This document shows, piece after piece, positions 57,104 to 64,000 of a stretch of 64,000 nt of DNA (position 1 is the first letter of the stretch; the number at the start of each line of letters is the position of its first letter). The position numbers and the translations under genes were made by a program. Below the pieces are notes generated by a model. It saw only the letters and a list, made by a program, of their open reading frames with translations. It made no database searches and was not told the DNA's origin. Origin of the DNA: Candidatus Heimdallarchaeum aukensis (GTDB taxonomy: Archaea; Asgardarchaeota; Heimdallarchaeia; Heimdallarchaeales; Heimdallarchaeaceae); contig CP084166.1 in assembly GCA_021513695.1 (NCBI GenBank), positions 736,001-800,000 on the forward strand. Reading direction: 5' to 3'.

Positions 57104-58375
57104 CTATTTAGTGTTCTTCTTTACCTTTGAAAAAATAAAATTAACAGTAAAAACGACCACAAATAAAGCAAGCGTACCTATAAAGTAATAGATTGCGGGA
57201 TTGTTTAAGAATGTGTAAACACCAAAATAGGAAGTTGTCCATCTATATCCATCTTTAGAGAAGAAGAAAGCTATTTCAGGTGTTTGAAGACTTGATTTTA
57301 CACTTGGCCCTTGTTCTGTTGCTACAACGACATTGTCCTTAAATGTTGTTACTTCAGGAACACGTTCATAATAATCATCATGAAGTGGAGAAGAAATGTT
57401 ATGGAATTCTAGCGTTTCTTCTTTTGTAATGTCTTCTACCCAGAAGCCCCAGAGAAACATTTCATAACGATTGACTTTATGGATAGTTGTATTGCTGATA
57501 TCCTGGGCAACAACGTAAAATCCATCATTCCATCTTGTTAATGATGGATACAACAAACCTACATCTTGAGCAACAACTTCAGTTAAGTTTGCATCTGCTA
57601 AATCTAATTGGAAAGGTGCTCCTACAGATATTCCAGAACTAAATGAACTACCATCTACGGTGGATGTAAGTTTAACTAGATTGTCTTCTGTATAAGTAAT
57701 ATACAATAAATTATTATATGAATATAAGTTAAAATCTCTTCCCAAACTTATTGAAGCAGAAGTTACTTCTGTACTATTTTTAAATGTCTGTAAATCAAAA
57801 TGAACAATGCTTGTTAATACTCGTGTATGTACGATAACTTTGACTTCATAGCTGAAAAATATAACTAATTCATTATTGAGAATAGCAGAGTCAAACCACA
57901 CAAAATCCTTATTGAAGACAGTAGAATTACCCAGTTCTACATAGTCGCTCCATGTTTTTCCATCATCATCTGAATATTTCATAAAGAAATATGTGAAATC
58001 AGTGTCATTTCTTTGTATTGCAAAAAGTACCATAGTTCGTCCATTATAATATATAGCATCACTCTTCTGAACTTTAAAGGAAGTTTTATTGATCACAAAA
58101 GTTGTCGGAGTTATCTCTATTTCTTCAGTATCATGCGTTTTAAACTCTGTAACAGTTTCATAACATGGTCTAGCATAGATTTCCGAACTAACTACTCTAT
58201 CAGCGTCATAACCAATTTTAGTATAAATTAGCAAATACTGTTCAGGAGAAGTTTCTATGAAATATGGACTCTTTTCGTGATAAAGTATTTTTGCCTTTGC
58301 TACATAAGGATTAAATGCATTAAGAAGCAAAATGAATATTGATAACAAAACGATTTTTTTCACTGCTCTTCTCAT
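57104..58375 (-). CDS. secreted BNR/Asp-box repeat (sialidase-like beta-propeller) protein with C-terminal TM anchor
   Basis: Signal peptide MRRAVKKIVLLSIFILLLNAF. Asp-boxes YSDDDGKTWSDY and FSKDGYRWT. C-terminal helix LALFVVVFTVNFIF followed by a KKNTK stop-transfer. Confidence 0.5.
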   Translation of the reverse strand: MRRAVKKIVLLSIFILLLNAFNPYVAKAKILYHEKSPYFIETSPEQYLLIYTKIGYDADRVVSSEIYARPCYETVTEFKTHDTEEIEITPTTFVINKTSFKVQKSDAIYYNGRTMVLFAIQRNDTDFTYFFMKYSDDDGKTWSDYVELGNSTVFNKDFVWFDSAILNNELVIFFSYEVKVIVHTRVLTSIVHFDLQTFKNSTEVTSASISLGRDFNLYSYNNLLYITYTEDNLVKLTSTVDGSSFSSGISVGAPFQLDLADANLTEVVAQDVGLLYPSLTRWNDGFYVVAQDISNTTIHKVNRYEMFLWGFWVEDITKEETLEFHNISSPLHDDYYERVPEVTTFKDNVVVATEQGPSVKSSLQTPEIAFFFSKDGYRWTTSYFGVYTFLNNPAIYYFIGTLALFVVVFTVNFIFSKVKKNTK

Positions 58376-58645
58376 TTACTAAACACCATTAAACTTACAA
58401 CCTAATTCAAATTGAAATATATATAAGTTTTGTCAAAGAATTTCATATGGTTTTATTCAAGATATAGTGTCGAGAAAGAAAAAATTCTCCATTTTTCTCA
58501 ATTATGCATTTCTTAGCTATTTTTTGTCCTTAGAATTCACTAATAGATAAACAAAATTCTTGTTTCTTCATCGAGAAAATTTAAAACGAAAATTGGGCTG
58601 ATGTGATAAGGTAAAAATTTACTCTTAACTACTATACTGAGAACT

Positions 58646-58879
58646 CTAGGATATTATGCTTATGTAAGCTTTAAACCCTAGATAGTTCAAAGAACGAACT
58701 ACTTTTTTTCTGTTAATTATTGAGGGGTTTAGTCTAACTTTCACATTTTTTGCCTGAAAATCTACGTTACTGTCCATGATTCCTTCTAAATACTTTAAAG
58801 TTATAGCAATTGTCTTCGCACAATTCTTACAGTGAATATCTGGAATGGCAATTGTCAATTCTTCTTCAAATTCTTTCAT
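58646..58879 (-). CDS. heavy-metal-associated (HMA) domain metallochaperone
   Basis: The metal-binding motif in IPDIHCKNCAKTI (a CxxC type) in a ferredoxin-like fold of about 65 aa. Confidence 0.6.
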   Translation of the reverse strand: MKEFEEELTIAIPDIHCKNCAKTIAITLKYLEGIMDSNVDFQAKNVKVRLNPSIINRKKVVRSLNYLGFKAYISIIS

Positions 58880-59074
58880 TTAATCATCTCAAGATAACGT
58901 ATTTTTAAACCCTTTTTAAAGTTGGGATAATACTAGATGTTGAATCAAGAATATGTAGAAAAAACTTATTTTTTGAAATATTAATAAGTTATTTGACTTA
59001 ACTCGAAAATGAAATGGACTAAATATTTAACAATTAAGAGTTATTTTTTATTTAGATAGTGGAGAGCTGTAAAA

Positions 59075-60376
59075 TTGCAATACTATATTCCAGAATGGGA
59101 CGATATGGTTAGTTCAAGGTATGACTATTGGAATGACACTGAACTACCTGATTCTAGAAAGGTTTATGCACATGAAATTTATCCCAAACCCAACTATGAT
59201 GGAATTTTAGTATCTAGAATGAAGATTGAAGAGAGTAAAACTAAGATTGAAAAAATAAAGAAAGTAGGAGTGCATAGATTTTTCAAGTTCAATGGACCCA
59301 TTTTTGGAGATTGTGGAGCTTGGGGATATATAAATGAAAAAGATCCTCCATTTGAAACAAAAGACATGTTAAATTACTATGAATCTTTTGGCTTTAATAT
59401 AGGTGTTTCCATTGACCACTTATGTATTCCCCAAGTTAAATCAGAATGGTATTATAGACAAGAATTGACACTAAAAAATGCAGAAAAATTTTTCAAATAT
59501 TATGAAAGTGGAGACTATTCTTTTGAAGCAGTAGGGGCAGCTCAAGGATGGGATTTAGAATCGTATAGATATGCAGTGCAAGAATTGCTAGATATAGGAT
59601 ATGATTTTATTGCCTTAGGAGGATTAGCACGAGCACAAACAGGAATAATTATTAAGATTCTTAAAAATATTCAAGATTTAATTAAAGAAAAGAAAATAAA
59701 GATCCATTTATTTGGTGCTGCAAGATTAGATGGCCTACGTGCATTCAATAATTTAGGAGTAACAAGTTTTGATTCAGCTTCTCCTCTTAGAAATGCGTGG
59801 TTAGGTTCTAAAAAGAATTATAGAGGTTTAGATTGGAAGGGTTATACTGCTATTCGTTTACCTTTCCTTTCAAGAACAAAGAAATATCAAAAGTTAGTAG
59901 AGGAAGGACTATTCACTATCAAAGAGCTAGAAGAATTCGAAAAGTCTATCTACGCTCTCCTAAGAAGATATGAAATAGAAAAATCTAGAAGTCCAGAAGA
60001 AATAATAGAAGCTTTTGAAATGCTCAACCAGACATTTACTTTAAGAGATGATCTTAAAGAAGACTACCTTGAAATCTTGAATGAACGACCATGGGAAAAA
60101 TGCTCTTGTCCTGTTTGCAAAGAAGCAGGAATGGATGTAGTTATTTTTAGGGGGAACAACAGGAACAGAAGAAGAGGTTTCCACAACACCTATGTTTTTT
60201 ATCAATTAATGCAGAAAATTCTTAATGAACCTAATTTCAAAGGAACTCCGCATTTAAATTTAATAAATGAAAAAGATTTTTCAATTCCAATTCAAGTTCA
60301 AGCGAAAAAATTAAAATCCAAATTTAACAAACAAACAAAAATTGATAATTTTATAGAACAAATAAGTGAGGAATAG
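59075..60376 (+). CDS. tRNA-guanine-transglycosylase (TGT) superfamily protein, divergent (possible DpdA-like transglycosylase)
   Basis: The TGT zinc site CSCPVCKE...(22 aa)...H (CxCxxC-H). An SFDSASPLRNA segment aligns to the TGT catalytic FDCVLPTRN region. ALGGLA resembles the GLAVGE barrel motif. It lacks the FMPVGT N-terminal motif and has no PUA domain. Confidence 0.55.
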   Translation: MQYYIPEWDDMVSSRYDYWNDTELPDSRKVYAHEIYPKPNYDGILVSRMKIEESKTKIEKIKKVGVHRFFKFNGPIFGDCGAWGYINEKDPPFETKDMLNYYESFGFNIGVSIDHLCIPQVKSEWYYRQELTLKNAEKFFKYYESGDYSFEAVGAAQGWDLESYRYAVQELLDIGYDFIALGGLARAQTGIIIKILKNIQDLIKEKKIKIHLFGAARLDGLRAFNNLGVTSFDSASPLRNAWLGSKKNYRGLDWKGYTAIRLPFLSRTKKYQKLVEEGLFTIKELEEFEKSIYALLRRYEIEKSRSPEEIIEAFEMLNQTFTLRDDLKEDYLEILNERPWEKCSCPVCKEAGMDVVIFRGNNRNRRRGFHNTYVFYQLMQKILNEPNFKGTPHLNLINEKDFSIPIQVQAKKLKSKFNKQTKIDNFIEQISEE

Positions 60377-60378
60377 CA

Positions 60379-61200
60379 ATGAATTCAGAGTTTGAGAATA
60401 TAGCCACCGAAATTATGATACAAGTGGGGACTGAAAAAGAAGAAGCATTAAGATGTCTTTATTACGAACCAAAAAATGAAATAAAACAAACTATTGTTCT
60501 TATTCCAGGTTTTTTTTCTCTGCCTAGTGCTTGGGACGAACTTTTAATAAATGCAAAAGAAGATTATAGAATATTCTTGATTGAAACCAGAGAGAAGCAT
60601 ACAGCAAAAATAAATAAAAAAAGTGACTTTTCTCTGGAACGTTTTGCTAATGACATCGCTGAAGTAATTGATTACTTAATGTTAAAAGATTATATTTTAG
60701 TTACAAGTAGTATGGGAGGAGCTTTCACATTAACTGCAATGAAAGAAAGCTTAATTCACCCTAAACATAGTTTTCTGGTAGGTCCTGTTTTAAGAGTTGA
60801 AATTCCTGATTGGTCATGGCCTTTAGTTAGAATAACTACTCCTTTCTTTTATCGTTTTATCTTAAAACCTTCAATAAAACTTTATGTCAGAAGAAAGTTC
60901 GAAAGAGATCAAGCTGAAAAATACTGTGTTTCATTAGATAACTTAGAAATTAGAAGAGTAAAGAAAACAATGCTAACGCTTAAAAAATTCCGCATTACTG
61001 CTGAAGACCTTAATGTCATAAATTCTCATTGTGTCCTCATAGGAGCTGAAAAGGATAAGCTCCATCAGTCTCAAATTACAAAATGGATTCATGAACAAAT
61101 ACCTAATTCAGACTATGTAGATTTAGGGTCAAATGTAGTTGCACATGGAATTCCACTCTTAGAATTAATAGAAAAAACAATAGAAAAAGATAATAATTGA
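60379..61200 (+). CDS. alpha/beta-hydrolase fold protein
   Basis: Starts 3 nt after the TGT-like stop. Nucleophile elbow VTSSMGG (GxSxG-type) and a downstream Asp/His. Confidence 0.55.
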   Translation: MNSEFENIATEIMIQVGTEKEEALRCLYYEPKNEIKQTIVLIPGFFSLPSAWDELLINAKEDYRIFLIETREKHTAKINKKSDFSLERFANDIAEVIDYLMLKDYILVTSSMGGAFTLTAMKESLIHPKHSFLVGPVLRVEIPDWSWPLVRITTPFFYRFILKPSIKLYVRRKFERDQAEKYCVSLDNLEIRRVKKTMLTLKKFRITAEDLNVINSHCVLIGAEKDKLHQSQITKWIHEQIPNSDYVDLGSNVVAHGIPLLELIEKTIEKDNN

Positions 61201-61278
61201 TTCCTATTATAAAGCAAATTTCTTTTATAAATACCTAATATACCAAAATTTAAAAATTCTTATTTTTTTAATTTAAGT

Positions 61279-62871
61279 ATGCAATTTCTCGCACCTTTTT
61301 CTATAAGACATTCAAAGATATTGGATCAAGATACTTTAGAACAACTAAAAAACGCTCTAAGCAATATAAAAGGGAAAAATATTCTTGTGGAGTTTACCCG
61401 AAACTTTTCTACATTGCTAAAAAACAAAGAAAAAGATAAAGATTTCACAAACTTGGCTTTAGATATCTTTTTCTCAATTGAAGATTATGAAAAAATCCTA
61501 GAATACTCATCGCCCCTTTACGCCGCAGAGTATTATTTTTATCGGGCATTAGCTTTCTATAAACTTAATCAGTTCAATAAGATTGCAAGCCTTAAGCTAC
61601 AATTTGAGATGAAATTTGAGAGAGCATTAGATTTACCTCGTAATCGCTTAATACTTGCTTTTTTAGATCTTTTTATTACTCTTAAAGAAAATCCTGAAGA
61701 AGTCGATCTTAAACTAGAAGAAATAGGTGCGTTTTTAGATAGCCAAGATGAAGAATTCAAAAGTAAATTTTGGGTCATAATAGTATTTTCCTATTATTCT
61801 GAACTCTTATTTATAAGAGATCACTTGAATAAAACAGAAGAAATTGCTAGATTGATTCTTTCCTATTCTCTTCAAAATCAAGACCCATACTTACAAAGTA
61901 ATGCACTCATATTGCTTTCCTCAATTTATATAAGAAAAGGAGAATTTAGAAAAGCAAAACAAATGATTAAATCCTCTCTTGTTCCTGTTAATCAAACAGG
62001 AGAACTAACAAATAAAGCTAAAATACTAAACAATCTTCTGCTTTTAGATTTAGCAAAAATGGACTATCTAAAAGCAGTTGATAGAATTTCAAAGATGAAA
62101 GAACTAAAAATAAGTGATACAAAAAGAAAAGAGTTAGAGATACTTGAACTCAAGTTAAAAATTCATTTAAAACTTGAAAATAATATAGAAGAAAAAATTA
62201 ATGAAATAACTTCAGATTTAGAAAAAGAAGATGAATTCTATCAAGATATTCTCCTCCTACAGTGTTGGTATAGCTTAAAAAAGAAGAACTATGACGAAGC
62301 AAAGAAAACAATAGAAGAACACCTAAAACTCACAGAAAATAACCTAAGTTCATTGTTGAAAAATCGATATTATTATGGATTATATCATAAAGAAGTAGAA
62401 GACTATGAAAAAGCTTTTTCAGATTTTGAGGAAGTAATTGAACTAAGTAAAAAAGACTACAAAATAGAATTATTAGTAAAAAGTTTGATGCATTTCCTTG
62501 ATCTTGCTTTCTCTAATAATAACGAAAAGTATTCGCTTTCTGAAATTATTCAAAAGATAAACATTTTGGAAGAAACTTCAACAAAGCAATTTATTCCTAA
62601 ATTGCAAGTAGATGCTTTAATGATAAAAATGATTTTCACACTTCTAAATTCAACAGAAATAGACATTATGGAAGATTGGGAAAATGCAATGAAAAAAGTT
62701 CATAAATTTAGATACATTGATCGTGTTAAACAACTAAACATAATAAGAAGTTGCTCTGAAAACAATTCTGAAAATAACAATATATATCAACTTGAAGAAT
62801 TATTCAAAGAAATAATACAACCTTACGAATGCTTCTTTTTTATTAAGAAGCCAAAGAAAGAAGAGGGGTAG
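61279..62871 (+). CDS. TPR-like helical repeat protein
   Basis: Repeated 34-residue helical-hairpin periodicity with W/LG/Y/A/F positions. No other motif. Confidence 0.4.
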   Translation: MQFLAPFSIRHSKILDQDTLEQLKNALSNIKGKNILVEFTRNFSTLLKNKEKDKDFTNLALDIFFSIEDYEKILEYSSPLYAAEYYFYRALAFYKLNQFNKIASLKLQFEMKFERALDLPRNRLILAFLDLFITLKENPEEVDLKLEEIGAFLDSQDEEFKSKFWVIIVFSYYSELLFIRDHLNKTEEIARLILSYSLQNQDPYLQSNALILLSSIYIRKGEFRKAKQMIKSSLVPVNQTGELTNKAKILNNLLLLDLAKMDYLKAVDRISKMKELKISDTKRKELEILELKLKIHLKLENNIEEKINEITSDLEKEDEFYQDILLLQCWYSLKKKNYDEAKKTIEEHLKLTENNLSSLLKNRYYYGLYHKEVEDYEKAFSDFEEVIELSKKDYKIELLVKSLMHFLDLAFSNNNEKYSLSEIIQKINILEETSTKQFIPKLQVDALMIKMIFTLLNSTEIDIMEDWENAMKKVHKFRYIDRVKQLNIIRSCSENNSENNNIYQLEELFKEIIQPYECFFFIKKPKKEEG

Positions 62872-62952
62872 TTTTTCTTTAGAAATTTTGTAATTAAAAA
62901 AAAGTTAAATAGGAAAAAAAGGATATTTTTTTACCAAAAAAGAGGAATAAAA

Positions 62953-63120
62953 ATGACACAAAAATGGATTTGTACTTTATGTGGCTACATTTATGACCCT
63001 GCCGAAGGAGACCCTGACGGAGGAATCGCTCCAGGAACAGCTTTTGAAGATATCCCTGAAGATTGGGTTTGTCCTGAATGCGGAGCTGCAAAAGAAGATT
63101 TCGAACCCTATGAAGAATAA
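62953..63120 (+). CDS. rub: rubredoxin (55 aa; missed by the ORF track size cutoff)
   Basis: [55 protein letters not shown] carries both CxxCG knuckles and the conserved GDPD..GI.PGT.FED.P.DW core. ATG start, TAA stop. Confidence 0.9.
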   Translation: MTQKWICTLCGYIYDPAEGDPDGGIAPGTAFEDIPEDWVCPECGAAKEDFEPYEE

Positions 63121-63142
63121 TAACAAAGTTTTAAATTGTTTT

Positions 63143-64000
63143 TTACAACTTTCTATTTTTTCTTGATAATTGAACTATTTTTTTTATTACTACAAATTCT
63201 GTTTCATTTAGGACGTTTTTTGTGATTTTTATTTTTTCTTGCTGAATTCTTACTTGGTTTGCATATTCATTCTCAACTAATAGCTCCATCTCCTCTGTTA
63301 TCGCTCCATCTACATTTGTTTTAATAACTTCCATGAGGTTATTATATTTTTCTAGTATTTTTTCATAAACAGCTAATTTTGAAGAGAATTTTGATGTATA
63401 CTTATTTATTTCTTCAGCTCGTTTAATGTCTATAGAAGTTAAACTATCAGTAGCTTCAGATAAATCTCTTAATTCTTCTTCACTAAATTCTCTTTTAACA
63501 AAACTTGAAATTATAGAAATAAGTGATTTATCCAGCAAATAATCTGTTTTTCTCTCATAGCTTATACTAGGGATTGATTTTGATAGAGAAGATTTTTTAC
63601 TTTTGAAGGTAGTATCTTTTTTTTCTGTTGTTAAATACTTTTCAACAAGAACTAATTTTTCATTCCACCATTCCTTAAAAGAAAGACCAGGAGTATATTC
63701 AATAGCAAAATTTAGAAAAATTGTTCCTTTAGCTAAAACTGTTGCGCCTATAGGTTTTTTGAATATGGGTTTACTTGTTCTTTTACCTACAAAGTCATAT
63801 GTACTAAAAGAATGAAAGTTTGAGGGAAGATCTTTTGCTTTACCAAAAAAAATTATTTCTTTTCCAAGATTTGCTAAATCTTTGAGATCTCCTAAAGTTA
63901 CTAAATAATCTTCTCCTAACGAAAGATAAACAAGATCATAAGTTTTTTTGGATAATTTTCTAACAGATTCTGGAATAGCTAATTTTTCTGCTCTTTCTTT
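63143..64000 (-). CDS. hypothetical protein, 5'-partial (frame open to window end; ORF track shows 63143..63538 from an internal TTG)
   Basis: The minus-strand frame is uninterrupted from nt 64000 down to the stop at 63143, so the gene starts beyond the window. The overlapping plus-strand ORF 63603..63815 was rejected. Confidence 0.45.
   Translation of the reverse strand, partial: KERAEKLAIPESVRKLSKKTYDLVYLSLGEDYLVTLGDLKDLANLGKEIIFFGKAKDLPSNFHSFSTYDFVGKRTSKPIFKKPIGATVLAKGTIFLNFAIEYTPGLSFKEWWNEKLVLVEKYLTTEKKDTTFKSKKSSLSKSIPSISYERKTDYLLDKSLISIISSFVKREFSEEELRDLSEATDSLTSIDIKRAEEINKYTSKFSSKLAVYEKILEKYNNLMEVIKTNVDGAITEEMELLVENEYANQVRIQQEKIKITKNVLNETEFVVIKKIVQLSRKNRKL

Noticed and set aside
1-64000. 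CRISPR arrays, tRNA/rRNA genes, transposases/integrases
   Set aside because: No regularly spaced direct repeats. No GTTCGAATC-type T-loop motifs in a tRNA-like context, only an incidental ttcgaaccc inside the rubredoxin ORF. No transposase/integrase-like ORFs or terminal inverted repeats.

Overview
This 64 kb window is AT-rich (about 30% GC by eye), gene-dense chromosomal DNA with about 58 plausible protein genes on both strands. I found no rRNA, no CRISPR array, and no convincing tRNA or mobile element. The gene content is archaeal. It includes an XPB helicase with a Bax1-like partner, an ADP-forming acetyl-CoA synthetase alpha subunit, a class-V PSAT-like aminotransferase beside a serA-like dehydrogenase, and rubredoxin. 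The most distinctive gene (36873..37835) encodes an Arf/Rag(Gtr)-like small GTPase fused to a roadblock/longin-like domain. A longin-like protein and a steroid-5-alpha-reductase-family membrane enzyme lie nearby. Together with the low GC and the amino-acid/peptide catabolism genes (S9 peptidase, PepD, lysine 6-aminotransferase-like, split FtcD, saccharopine dehydrogenase), this is what one expects of an Asgard (Loki-like) archaeon. That assignment is an inference, not a database result. Other notable content is a sensor kinase/response regulator operon followed by two tandemly duplicated ArsB/NhaD-superfamily permeases and a tandem-USP protein whose last ~300 residues are a poly-Lys/Glu tail encoded partly by a perfect 72-bp tandem repeat. 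There is also a TGT-superfamily (DpdA-like?) gene in an operon with an alpha/beta hydrolase, an orphan radical-SAM/SPASM enzyme, a DsrE-like/LplA operon, three overlapping tiny 2-TM protein genes, an apparent homopolymer frameshift removing the signal peptide of a solute-binding protein, and a truncated LLM oxidoreductase remnant. The ORF tracker calls many genes with TTG/GTG starts, so some N-termini are uncertain. Both window edges cut through genes.
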